Assembly (NCBI GenBank): GCA_951406725.2
Contig: OX597820.1
Coordinates: 109,926,001-109,990,000 of the forward strand
Reading direction: 5' to 3'
DNA from: Octopus vulgaris
Taxonomy: Eukaryota
DNA length: 64,000 nucleotides
Notes under the pieces: generated by a model
Seen by the model: only the letters and a program-made list of their open reading frames with translations
Databases searched by the model: none
Told to the model about the DNA's origin: nothing
Program-made: the position numbers and the translations under genes
Shown here: piece by piece, positions 13,501 through 25,659 of the stretch
Position numbering within the stretch: the first letter of the stretch is position 1
Layout: each line of letters begins with the position of its first letter

Positions 13501-14790
13501 ATATATCATGATTATGTTTTTTATGCTGTTTGAGAACTTTACCAGTGGTTCTCTATTGATGATGTCAGTAAACTCAGTCCTGCTGAGTTCTGTGATAATA
13601 TCACCTTTTGCTTCTCTTTATTATTCACCTCAAATTCTGTGTCACACCTATTCTGGTGTTCTTGAGGTAGGTCTACTTTCTCTTTTTCTGCATATCTGTT
13701 CTTCGCTATTCTTTTTTCAGCTTCCTCTTTGGGATGTACTGCTCATACACTGGTTTCTGTGCATCTGTCACCTATTTCATCTGTATTGTTGCTGTTTTCA
13801 TTCTGTCTACCATGAGATATTTGTTCTAATTTGGCTAATTTCAGCGTCAGTTAACCTTTTATTCTTAATGATGTCTCTACATACATTACTTAGTTTATTT
13901 ACGTCTATAGATCTGCATAATTCATTGCCTACTAAGTTTCTACATGAAATGTAAGTTTGTACTATGAGGTCATTGTCTGGGTTTAGATGAGCTGCATAGA
14001 AAGCTTTCAGCACATCTCTATAATCCTCTCTAGTCCATTTTATTCATTTTGCTTTAGATTATGTTTTTGGTGGTGTCACTACAGGCCTAGGGTTAGGGTT
14101 ATCCTGGATCTGGTTATTTAGTAGATCGTTTTTTAGAGAGTTTATTCCAGCAGCAGACTTTTTGACTCCAGTCTGGTTCCCCACTGAGTAACGCTGTCTT
14201 TGTTGTCCCAGGTGATGACCGATCCGGAGTGAATTTTGACCTGACACTGTTTCCTTGTTCTTCGAATGGATATATATACCATACCATAGGCTGATAGGTT
14301 GAAAATCGCCTGTTTTTTTTTATAGCTATGTTTCCCGGCATAACTGTTTGGTTATGTTTTAAACTGAGTGACTAATTTGCTTCTTTTTTTTTATTTGTTT
14401 GTGGGCAGTCACCTTATTTTTGTTTGTGCTCAGTATGGCATCACTCGTAACACATGATTTTTCTTTTATTTTCTGTGTGTGTTATGTAGGCATTATTCCT
14501 GTTGCTTGGACAGTTGCATGTATAGGTAGCTATTCAAATTACATACTTACTGTGTAAGTGGTGTTTTTCTAGATTTCCTGGTGCTAGATTTGACTTCTTG
14601 TGTATCTTGCATTGAGATATCATGCATTTAAGAAAGAAACTACCCTTTACATGACAAAAATCTTTCTGGTTTTTTAGTTCCTCTGCTTTAACAGAACTTT
14701 TCCTACAGTTGTATTGCAAAGTTTTCCTTCCATTGCACCAATGTTATTGGATTGAGTTTGTTTTGTGGAGAGAGCTTCTTAGTGTATGTC
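10520..14790 (-). mobile_element. Near full-length degenerate R4/Dong-type non-LTR retrotransposon
   Basis: RT pieces WIEYRKAFDSVPH, IFQGDSLS and HLFYMVNLKLFA (degenerate YMDD); CRFCE..HLLSGC zinc knuckle; RLE end VPVIVGALGMIKK..LTSTAHILRK. Flanked by (ATT)n. Confidence 0.85.
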
Positions 14791-14825
14791 CATATTATTA
14801 TTTATATTATTATTATTATTGTAGT

Positions 14826-15040
14826 GGAGGTGTGTGGCTTAGTGGTTAGGGTGTCAGCATCATGATCGTAAGATTGTGGTTTCGATTCCTGGGCTGGGCG
14901 ACGCGTTGTGTTCTTGAGCAAAACACTTCATTTCACATTGCTCCAGTCCACTCAGCTGGCAAAAATGAGAAACGCTGGGGAACACATACACCATAGAAAC
15001 CAGGAAACCAGGCCCATGTGCCTGGCTAGGCTTTAAAAGG
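14826..15040 (+). mobile_element. tRNA-headed SINE (gtggcttagtggttagggtg family)
   Basis: A-box tggcttagtgg, B-box ggtttcgattcc, then a tgtgttcttgagcaaaacactt core. Confidence 0.7.
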
Positions 15041-15432
15041 GCGAATTTATTATTTTTATTTATTATTATTATTATTATCATTTTCATTATTATTATTAAT
15101 ATTGTTATTATCATTATTATTATTATTTAACATTTGGTAGTTTCAGGCAAATTTCTACTGTATCACTTGCTATACCTCCATGTTGCTAGAGTGTGTGCAG
15201 TATTGTGTTGTTTTTTGTTGTTGGTATTGTATTGCATCAGTTTCTTTTCTTTTTATGGAGTGTGGTGCAGTTTTTTCTTGTATTAGTGTTTATATTGTGT
15301 GTTGTGTGTGTAATGCATTGGGTATCTAGCCTGCTCATGGTAGGTTATTTCATTGGATATTTGCATTTATGGATTGTTTTGTTTAGGCTGTATTATTGAA
15401 TTGATAGTGTCTTGTATACCTTGTCTGGCACC

Positions 15433-15502
<70 letters not shown>

Positions 15503-15514
15503 GTTATTTTTTGC

Positions 15515-15970
15515 TTTTAATCTGCGTGTTTGTTACAATCACTTGCTGAGACACACCCAGTATCCTGGAGCAAGTGAAGGATAAGAGATGTTATAGTATA
15601 ACTGAAAGCTTGGAGAGGGGAAGTGGCAGGGGCAGTAGCGAAATATCTTCATGTAATACAACACAGACATTTAAATGGATAGGTTTTTTCCAAGGATGTT
15701 GGCACAATCTTTTGAATTTCTCTGAGACATGGTTCTCCTGGGACCTTATCTAGATATTTTTGACATTCCTTTTTTATCATACCTAGGACACCTACAATAA
15801 CAGGAACAGTTCTTGCTTTGAGATGTCACATCTTTTGTATTTCAATTTCTGAGTCCTTATATTTACATACATTGTCAAATTCTTTGATAGATATATTTTT
15901 ATCAGTGGGAACACTTACAGCTATTAGTCTACAAGTATTTTCTTCCCTGTCTTTAATAATTATGTCTGGT
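15515..15970 (-). mobile_element. 5'-truncated R4/Dong copy (same family as 10520-14790)
   Basis: Near-duplicate of 10520-10975, set between (ATT)n tracts. Confidence 0.8.
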
Positions 15971-15996
15971 GGTTGATTATTATTATTATTATTATT

Positions 15997-18397
15997 CAGT
16001 AGTTTTATTTTTATAGCGTGCTTTCACTTCACTACCGAGCGCAGCTCTGTGTGCCTTGGGTATGTGCTGTGATTTGTTGTGATGCTCTGATGGTTATTGT
16101 ATGGAAAGTGTTCTGCGTAGGATGTGTGCAGTGCCTAGTAGTGCAATTTTCTGTATGTTATATGTGTTTGTAAGTCCTGGTGTTTTTGTTAAGTATTTGT
16201 CTGAATATTTTTTTATCATGCCTAATGCACCTACTATGATAGGGATTGTTTCTGTTTTTAGATTCCACATTCTGGTTACCTCTATTTCCAGGTCTTTGTA
16301 TTTTGAAAGTTTCTCCATTTCTTTTAGAGACACGTTGTCATCTGCCGGTATTGATCCCTCTTTTGTTTGGAGCTGTAGCACTGTTTGCCATTTATTCATA
16401 GAGTGTCCTATGAATTTTATAATTGTTGGTGCTACTTTGTTAATGGCTAGTGTTTCGAGGATCCATGTGTGGGGGATGCTATCAAACGCCTTTTTGTAGT
16501 CGATCCAGGCCATACTGAGGCCTTTCTTCTTTCTGTAGCTGTCTTCAGTTATGGCTTTATTAATCATTAGTTGATCTTTACAGCCATATGAGCCTTTGCG
16601 GCATCCTTTCTGCTCTTCTGGAAACAGGTTGTTTTCGTCCAGGTGCTTGTTCAACCTTTGCGATATCACTGCAGTAAATGCCTTGTACATTGTAGGGAGA
16701 CAGGTTATTGGTCTGTAGTTTTCTGGTTTTGCTGTCTCATTTGATTTGGAAATTAAGATGGTTTTCCCCTTCGTGAGCCATTCTGGCATTGTCTCTGGCT
16801 CTGCTAGTATGTTATTAAAGTTTTCAGCCAGCTTTTTGTGCATTCCTGTTAGATATTTCAACCAGAAGTTGGGGATCTTGTCATGCCCAGGTGCCTTCCA
16901 GTTGCTTAGTCTTTGCAGTGCCTGGGTGACCTCTTCAGTTGTTATGGGGGTCCAAAGTTGCTCAGATGCTGAGTTTGTTGTTTTAATAATCCTTTTTTTT
17001 GGTTGTTCGTTCGCCGACCATATTTCTCTCCAGAATTCTTCCACTTCTTCTGCCGTTGGTGCTGCAGTGATTTCTATTTTATTTTTGCCAAGTTCTTGGT
17101 AGAACTTTTGGGGTTGGAGTTGAACTTTTTGTTTTGTTCAAAGAAGCGCTGGCGTTTCTCGTACCGGCGGATCCTTTGTGCTTTGGCAAGGATATCTTGC
17201 TTTAGTTTTTCTTTTATCTCAGGTAAATCTTTTTCTGTGATGTTGTATTTGCGGAGTATTTTTGTTTTCTTTTTGTTGCTCAGTAGCGTTGATTGTCTAC
17301 TGATTTCATTAAGAATCGACAGATCTTTTCTCATTTTTTGTATTTTGTTTTGGATGTTATTTATCCACAGGGTTTGTTTGGGTGGTGGTACTTCTGTTTG
17401 GATGGGTTTGAGTGAGTATCCAGCTTCTTTTGTGGCTGCAGTGGCTGCTGCGTATACTAAGTCATTTAGCTCAGTGATATCGCTTTTTGTTTCAGTGGCT
17501 ATTAGTTCCGTGACGGTTAGGTTTATGCTGTTTATAATTGATGTTGTTGTTTTGTCTATTTTGATTTTTGGGAGGTATGGTCGGTGGTCCATCTTGAGAT
17601 CTGTGTTTTTCAGTTCTTTGATTATTCTACTTTTTATATTATCATAATCATTAGGCTCCCCTTCGTTGTTTCCAGGTTTTACATTTGTGTCACTTTTTTT
17701 CACGTTCGTATGTATGTTTGTCATGTTTTGGCTTGCTGTTTGTCGTGTATTATTATGCATCCTTATGGTCTGGGTTTGTTGTTTTTTGTTTACATCGTCT
17801 TTGTTGAGAATGTTACGTTTGTCTTCGTGTTTTACTGTTTCAGTGTTTATATTATTGGGCATTGTTGTGTGGCTTCTATCTACATTTTCCTGATGTATTT
17901 TTTCTTTTAGATGTTCTATTTCTATTTCTGATATTTTTTTGCGTTGAGAATGTATCTTCATACGTTTGCTAGTTTATTAGGGTTCATTGCTGTATCCAAG
18001 TCTATATTTATGTTATTTTCCTTCCATATTTTATATGTATGTGTTGTGTTTTCATTTTTTGGGTAGAGCACTGCTGTGAAGTAAGCGTGTAGGATAGAAA
18101 TGTATTCCTCATGTGTCCATTTATGTCTTTTGGGTTTTATTTGCGGGACATGAGGAACAACGTCCGGCCCATTATTTTGACGGTCGTCATTTTCGTAGGG
18201 TACCGGTTATCGAGTTAAAATACATCATTTCGTTTCGAAAATAGTAATAAATTTCAATGAGTGTTACTTACTCGGATATAGTCCAGTCCTTTGTTAGTAA
18301 ATTTTTGGCTCCATACGATGTCTTTGTTTTCGATGTTTGTGGATAGATTTCGGAGCCCTGTTTTATCATTCATACATCTTAAACGTCCCCGGTGTTC
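15997..18397 (-). mobile_element. R4/Dong-type LINE with both termini and an in-frame internal deletion
   Basis: ORFs 17074..17961 and 16094..17044: WKAPGHDKI, YRPITCLPTMYK, QKGCRKGSYGCKDQL and WIDYKKAFDSIPH are joined directly to the RLE segment SIPADDNVSLKEMEKLSKYKDL. (ATT)n on both sides. Confidence 0.9.
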
Positions 18398-18449
<52 letters not shown>

Positions 18450-18475
18450 ATTATTATTATTATTATTATTATTAC

Positions 18476-18560
<85 letters not shown>

Positions 18561-18563
<3 letters not shown>

Positions 18564-19930
18564 TAGATTTATTTTAATAGCGTGCTTTCACTTCACTACC
18601 AAGCGCAGCTCTGTGTGCCTTGGGTATGTGCTGTGATGCTCTTATGGTGACTGTATTGAAAGTGTTTTGCATAGGATGTGTGCAATTTTCTGTATGTTAT
18701 ATATATTTGTAAGTCTTGGTGTTTTTGTTATGTATTTGTCTGAATATTTTTTATCATACCTAATGCACTACTATGATAGGAATTGCTTCTGTTTTTAGAT
18801 TCCACATTCGAGTTACCTCTATTTCCAGGTCTTTGTGTTTTGAAAGTTTCTCCATTTCTTTTAAAGAAACGTTGTCATCTGCTGGTATTGATACATCAAT
18901 TAGAAATCATTTTTCTTCTTCATGATCTCTGACAACTATATCTGGCCTATTGGCTTTAATTTCTCTATCTGTGTGCATTGGCATATCCCAGAGTATGGTT
19001 GCTTTCTCATTTTCTGTGACCTTTTCTGGTGTGTGCTTATACCATCTTTTTTCTGTTGTTATTCCAGTGTTGGCATAGCTTCCAGTTTATGTAGGTCCCA
19101 ACTCTGTCGTGTCTGTGAATATATTCCTTCTTAGCCAGGACTGGGCAGCCAGAGATAATATGATTAATTTTTTTCTTGTCCATCTCCACATATTCTGCAG
19201 TTACTTGTTATGTTTCTTTTCATTATATGTTTTTGGTAATTTCTGGTGGGGAGGCTTTGGTCTTGTGCTGCAATTAAAAATCCTTCAGTGTCTGCTTTGA
19301 GTCCTGAGCTTCTCAACCACTGCTGGGATTTTTCTCTGTCTATTTCTTTTGCATTTAGTTTAGCCCAGTATTTGCCATGAAGGGGCTTTTCTTGCCATCG
19401 TTTTATCATGGTCCATTGCTGTTCTAGTTTTAGTTTGGATTTTATTTGTTTTATAGCTTTTGTTGTTTCTTCTTCTTCATATTTGTTAGGTAGTATGATT
19501 TCTTGTTTGTATTTGTCCGCTTTCTTAAATACTAAGAACAGTTTTTTCCTTTGCTTGTGTTTTGTGGCTATTTGTATTAGTTTTCCTTGCTTCTGTAGTA
19601 GGTATTTTTGCACTCCTATGGTGGTTATTTTATAATAGTTTTCCAGTTGCATAAGGCCTCTACAACCTTCTATACATTGTATAATATAGCCTTTCTATGT
19701 CAGATTTTGGGTGGTGCATCCTAGATCCTGTCATTATTTTTCTTGTTTTCCTATCTATTTTGGTCAGTTCATTTCGTGTCCAGTTAAGGATATTGTAGCT
19801 GTAACTTATAATTGAAACGGCTAAAGTGTTAATACCTATTATCTTGTTTTTAGCATTGAGCTCTGTTTTTAGTATTGATCTAACTCGTCTATAGTTTTCT
19901 TTCTTTACTTTCTCTTTCATTTGTGTGTGT
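18561..19930 (-). mobile_element. 5'-truncated R4/Dong copy (same family as 15997-18397)
   Basis: Same 3' end (cagtag..ttttaatagcgtgctttcac); MHHPKSDIERLY, PLHGKY, EGFLIAAQDQSL and CRICG motifs. Confidence 0.85.
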
Positions 19931-19958
19931 TGTATCATCATCATCATCATCATCATCA

Positions 19959-20013
<55 letters not shown>

Positions 20014-20034
20014 CACTATCATTATTATTATTAT

Positions 20035-20588
20035 TGAGTGAGAGAGCAGTGCATGCCATCAAAGTGACACAGGGGTAAAATATACAAAGCCCAGTATACC
20101 CATAATGACTACCCGTCTGATAAGGGTACACCAGGCACATGCATAACAACCATATGTGCACGACATAGTGATATCATATCAAGATAAACAGCACATGACC
20201 TTGCAGGTGAGGCCCAATTAGAATTTTCTTCTAGTCGAGTAACCCATCCAGCTCAAAAGGTCCCTGAGTAGGGGTTGTTTAAGGATGTTGAAAGAAACAC
20301 CCATGATTCCAGAGGTGAATTATTCAAACCCCAAAGAATCCCTCTCAACACATGGCTATGATGCTCCCCCACTACTTCTGATCGTGATCAGAGATGCACA
20401 TATCATCAGCCACTAAGGGACATGCTCAACTTGTTATGGTCAAGCAACTGACAAGCAAATCTGTGGTATTGAGCAGAATATTTGCTGTAGCCCATCTTTT
20501 ATACCAAGATAAAACAATGCCAAGATAACACTTCCAATCAGTTAAGATCAGAAGCCATAAGAGCCACTGTCTGGTACTGCATCAGAGC

Positions 20589-20592
<4 letters not shown>
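20035..20592 (-). mobile_element. ~555-bp (TAA)n-associated non-coding element, full length
   Basis: Same termini as 6044-6602, within (ATT)n. Confidence 0.85.
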
Positions 20593-20649
<57 letters not shown>

Positions 20650-20660
20650 GTTATTATCAT

Positions 20661-21222
20661 TCAGTAGTTTTATTCTTATAGCGTGCTTTCACTTCACTAC
20701 CGAGCACAGCTCTGTGTGCCTTGGGTATGTGCTGTGATTTGTTGTGATGCTCTGATGGTTATTGTATGGAAAGTGTTCTGCGTAGGATGTGTGCAGTGCC
20801 TAGTAGTGCAACCTGGTGTTTTTGTTAAGTATTTGTCTGAATATTTCTTTATCATGCCCAATGCACCTACTATGATAGGAATTGTTTCTGTTTTTAGATT
20901 CCACATTCTAGTTACCTCTATTTCCAGGTCTTTGTATTTTGAAAGTTTCTCCATTTCTTTTAGAGACATGTTGTCATCTGCTAGTATTGATACATCAATT
21001 AGAAAGCATTTTTTCTTCTTCATTATTTCTGACAACTATTGGCCTTAATTTCTCTATCTGTGTGTATTGGCATATCCCAGAGTATGGTTGCTTTCTCGTT
21101 TTCTGTGACCTTTTCTGGTGTGTGCCTATACCATCTTTTTTCTGTTGTTATTCCATAATGTTGGCATAGCTTCCAATGTATGTAAGTCCCAACTCTGTCG
21201 TGTCTGTGAATATATTCCTTCT
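20661..21222 (-). mobile_element. 5'-truncated R4/Dong copy (RLE domain)
   Basis: YIHRHDRVGTYIHWKLC and CFLIDVSILADDNMSLKEMEKLSKYKDL. Confidence 0.85.
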
Positions 21223-21252
21223 TATTGTTGTTGTTGTTATTATTATTATTAT

Positions 21253-21505
21253 TGAGTGAGAGAGCAGTGCATGCCATCAAAGTGACACTGGGCTAAAATA
21301 TACGAAGCCCAATATACCCATCATGACTACCCCTCTGATAAAGGTACACCAGGCACATGCATCACAACCATATGTGCGCGACATGGTGATCTCATATCAA
21401 GATAAACAGCATATGACCTTGCAGGTGGGGCCCAGTTAGAATTTTCTTCAGGTTGAGTAGCCCATCCCGCTCAAAAGGTTCCTGAATAATGGTGAAAGAA
21501 CCACC
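21253..21505 (-). mobile_element. Truncated ~555-bp (TAA)n-associated element
   Basis: Retains the gagtgagagagcag end; (ATT)n flanks. Confidence 0.8.
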
Positions 21506-21571
<66 letters not shown>

Positions 21572-21608
21572 CATCATTATTATTATTATGGCAAATTTAA
21601 TGAATAAA

Positions 21609-21750
21609 AGTAGCTTGTTTACCAACCACATGGTTCCGGGTTCAGTCCCACTGCGTGGTACCTTGGGCAAGTGCCTTCTACTGTAGCCTCGGGTCGACCA
21701 AAGCCTTGTGAGTGGATTTGGTAGATGAAAACTGAAAGAAGCCCGTCGTA

Positions 21751-21792
<42 letters not shown>

Positions 21793-22003
21793 TTTGTGTG
21801 TCTGTGTTTGTCCCCCTAGCATTGCTTGACAACCGATGCTGGTGTGTTTAGGTCCCCGTTACTTAGCGGTTCGGCAGAAGAGACCGATAGAATAAGTACT
21901 GGGCTTACAAAAGAATAAGTCCCGGGGTCGAGTTGCTCGATTAAAGGCGGTGCTCCGGCATGGCCGCAGTCAAATGACTGAAACAAGTAAAAGAGTAAAA
22001 GAG
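21609..22003 (+). mobile_element. SINE (ccaaccacatggttccgggttcagtccc family) with internal (TA)n
   Basis: B-box-like ggttcagtccc, ccttgggcaagtg core, aaacaagtaaaagagtaaaagagt tail. Related copies at ~24680-25010 and ~50860-51215. Confidence 0.75.
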
Positions 22004-22004
22004 T

Positions 22005-23051
22005 AACTTAACAAAATAGCCATGATATTATTAATTTTTTAAAAATTTATTATTCAAACAGCTAGAAAAGTAGATATAAGCAAATGAGTGAAATGAACTG
22101 AAATGAAATAATCTTGGTTGGCGAGCAACTTAGATTGAATTTGTTACTGAAAGCTATAACAGTGGTGGTGGTGAAGAATAGATAGTGAAAAGTGTAGTTT
22201 CTTTTCTTTGATTGAACTAAATTTTTTAATTGCCTTCTCACTTGAAAATTAATATTTGTTTATAAAATATGGATGACAGACAATATAAGCTAATGAGAGA
22301 AACAATGAGACAGAATAGGCAACAACGTAAAGATAAGCAGAGGGTCAAATCACAGAACAAGCACAGGAGCAGAAGGGGAAAAAAATCAAAGAATATAGAG
22401 TGAGTATTTACCACAGATGAGGACTGTGACCTTTTGCATTGTTCTGTGCTTGAGAAGAAGACCTATCAAGCCAAGTGAAATTGTAGTTATTGCAGATACT
22501 GGTGTCATGCAAATGGCACCCATGCTGGTGGCACAAAAAGTACCCATTACACTCTCAGAGTAGTTGGCCTTAGGAAGGGCATCCAGCCATAGAAACCATG
22601 CCAAATCAGGCTAGAATCTAGTACAGCCTTCCAGCTTGCGAGCTCTGGTCGAACTGTCCAACCTATGCCAGCATGGACAATGGATGTTAAATAATGATGA
22701 TGATGATGATGATGATGGAGCGTTTTAAAGATAGAATATAAAATGAAAATGAGAGAGAATGTAAAAAAACTGTAAACATATGGTTGGAAGTTACATTAGT
22801 GATATGAATATTCTCTGTAATTATTGTGAAGCTCTTAGGTTTATAAACGAAACTCTGAACTGCTGAGAGAATGGGAATGTCATGCTCCTTCAATTACAGC
22901 CTTATTCAGAAGACCTGAAAGGTACTTTTAAATGAAAATAAAGAAGAATATACTATTTATAAAGAAACACTAATTTTTATGGATCTATATAAACTTACAA
23001 CCATATAAAAAAATATGTATTTACTGTGGAATTTCCATGGGCAATGCTAGT
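22005..23051 (+). mobile_element. Internally deleted Helitron, interrupted by an RTE 3'UTR piece (~22415-22716)
   Basis: 22780-22920 translates MVGSYISDMNILCNYCEALRFINETLNC*ENGNVMLLQLQPYSEDLK, matching the Helitron N-terminal CxxC..CC..GxV motif. 3' hairpin ctgtggaatttccatgg followed by CTAG|T at 23047-23051. Confidence 0.7.
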
Positions 23052-23067
23052 TATTATTATTGTTATT

Positions 23068-23541
23068 AAGGCGGTGAGCTGGCAGAATTGTTAGCACCCC
23101 AGGCAAAATGCTTAGCAGCATTTCGTCTGTCCGTGTGTTCTGAGTTCAAATTCCACTATGGCTGACTTTGCCTTTCATCCATTTGGGTTTGATGAAATAA
23201 GTAGCACTCATGCATTGGGGTCAATGTATTTGACTCATCCCCTCCCCCAAAATTCCAGGAATTGTGTCTATAGTAGAAAGGATTATTATTATTAAGTTAT
23301 TAAGGTGTTGAGCTGGCAGAATCGTTAGCATGCTGGACAAAATGCTTAGTAGTGTAGCAATATCGTTTTTATAGTAGTATTTCACCTGTCATTATGTTCT
23401 GAGTTCAAATTCCACCGAGGTCGACTTTGACTTTCATCCTTTCGGGGTTGATAAATTAAGTACCAGTGAAACACTAGGGTTGGATTAATCAACTAGTCCC
23501 CTCCCACCAATTTCAGGTATCGTACCTTTAGTAGAAAGGAT
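23068..23541 (+). mobile_element. Two tandem tRNA-derived SINEs; the (ATT)n tail of the second runs into the exon acceptor
   Basis: Heads at 23068 and 23301; tails agtagaaagga(tta)n. Confidence 0.8.
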
Positions 23542-23555
23542 TACTATTATTATTA

Positions 23556-23589
<34 letters not shown>

Positions 23590-23611
23590 CATTATTATTA
23601 TTATTATACAG

Positions 23612-23698
23612 TGTCAACTTCAATCCGTGGTCTATAGACAACACTGAGAAAGTAGTCTATGTACTTCAAATGGGACAGGAAATATTTGGTGATTATCG
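23612..23698 (+). CDS. PDE10A: PDE10A-like phosphodiesterase, 87-nt symmetric (phase 2-2) exon
   Basis: tatacag| ... |gtaatt. Reads (D)VNFNPWSIDNTEKVVYVLQMGQEIFGDY(R). Phases match both neighbouring exons, and it fills the ~29-aa gap expected from PDE10A (FHFDIGPF..IFVYMV region). Too short for the ORF track. Confidence 0.85.
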
Positions 23699-25025
23699 GT
23701 AATTATGAACTTTCTTTTTCTTACAATTTCAACTTTAATCTATAATTTCTATTTAACATGCTAATGTCATCAAGAGATACTTGATGGGAATGCCATTGAT
23801 AGTAGATACATTAAAATTACAGACATTAATGCCTAGTTGGTTAATTCTCTTTACTTCTAGAGTTGGAATACTGTCAGATTTAACTTTACCTTTCTTCCTT
23901 ATGGAACAACGGCCATTAAAATAAATACCAATTAATAACTGTGGTTGATTTAATCAATTCTAATCTTCAGAATAAATTTCTGGCCATAATAGACACCATT
24001 ATTTATTCTTGTCTTACCTTCAGTCCTCAATTCCTTTCTGTGTCTGACCACAGCCAAATTTATTGATAGAGAGAAGAGTAAAAAGGGGAAGGAGGGACAT
24101 AGCAGATGGCTCAAACCCAGTACATGACCCCAGAGAATAAAAGGTAAAATTTATCAAAGCAAGTTTTGAATGCAGAGTATTTTCTCACACACTCACATAT
24201 ACATGCATGCGCATTTGTCAAATGTAAAAGGAAGAAGTTATTCTCCTATGACATACAATATAATATCCAGAATATTTTGCATCTGAACCTGCCTAGACAT
24301 ACTAAAGATAAATATGCAAATGTTTGTTTCAGATGTCACTGTAGATGGTGAAAATAATAACTTTTTAATCAGTTTACAGATATAAGTACCAGTCAGCAAA
24401 CAATTCTGTTCACTGAAAGTATAAGCAAAACCAACAGCTTTGGTTCCTCTCGGAGTTCTGGCTACTTCTGGCTAACAAGACACAACATATCAAAACACTG
24501 ATGTCCCAGAATGCTATGCACCAATGAAACAAGCATGTAGAATATATAGTTGTCTAAAAGGGACATACACAGTTGTCTAAAATGGACATACACTATAGCA
24601 ACCAGCATATTTTGCATCAGAACCTACCTGGTCATGTTAAGAATACACATACAAGTGTTCATTTCAAGTCTTACTGATAGGCACAGGCATAGCTATATAA
24701 TAAGAAGTTTACTTCCCAAAAACATGGTTCTTGGTTCAATCCCACTATGTAACACTTTGGACAAGTGTCTTCCCTATAGCTCTGGACTAACCAAAGCCTT
24801 TTGCATAGATTTGGTAGACAGAAGCTGAAAGAGTATATATATGAGTGTGTGTGAGTTTTTCCCCCACCACCATTTGACAATCAGTGTTGGTTTGTTTACC
24901 ATAACTTGGTGGTTTTGTAAAAAGAGGCTGGAATAAGTACTAGATTTTAAGTTCTGGGGGTTGATTTGCTTAACTAAACCCTGCAGTTTAATGACTGAAA
25001 CAAGTAAAAAATCTGTGACACTCTG

Positions 25026-25500
25026 GTGGTACTCATTAAACAGATGAAAATTGTAATATGTACTAAATATTGCCCACTAGATGCTCCAAATCATGGGGAC
25101 TCATTTGAAGAGAGCCTCCAAAAGATGAAAGAAGTATCAAACAACCTGGATGACAGCCTACAAATACCTCTTCTAGGGGACTTCAACCTGCCTGCCTTCT
25201 CTCAGGTATGTCACTGCATAGCCTAAGGCATGTAGAATCTCTGCTTGACATCACAAACATGCTACTGGATCTCTGCTTTACAAATAATGTGGTGCTCATC
25301 CATAATGTTTAGGTGACACTGGCAATTTTCTCGGATCATAACTTAATAGGACTAATAATGTGTGGTCTACAGAAAACTACAGACATGTAGGGTACCAGAA
25401 GCACCCAACTTCTCCTCACCCTGAGCTTTTACAAAGCTGATTTGAAGGGCATTGTGAAGACCATCCAAAAGAGTTGCAGGAGATACTGAAGTCATCTGGA
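25026..25500 (+). pseudogene. CR1/L2/Jockey-group LINE APE endonuclease fragment
   Basis: IVICTKYCP...IPLLGDFNLP, followed by LLDLCFT and SDHNLI remnants. Confidence 0.65.
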
Positions 25501-25659
25501 GGTCATGGTTAAAGCCAATGGTGATTTTATTGAATAAATTTACTCTTAGTATTTCAAGATATTTTATGTTATTTTGACAAATATATCTGTTAAAATGAGA
25601 TGTCAGTGTTATTTTCATTTTCATGTAATTTAGACAACATATTCACCGCACACTGTATC

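Noticed and set aside
14826-14900. tRNA-like sequence
   Set aside because: It has A/B boxes but no complete cloverleaf and continues into a SINE body. The same applies to the other SINE heads.
17003-17910. Plus-strand hydrophobic ORFs
   Set aside because: They are antisense shadows of the A-rich minus-strand LINE ORF.
18291-18636. Poly-Ile/poly-Leu ORFs (also at 5742, 6567 and 21489)
   Set aside because: They are (ATT)n microsatellite translations.
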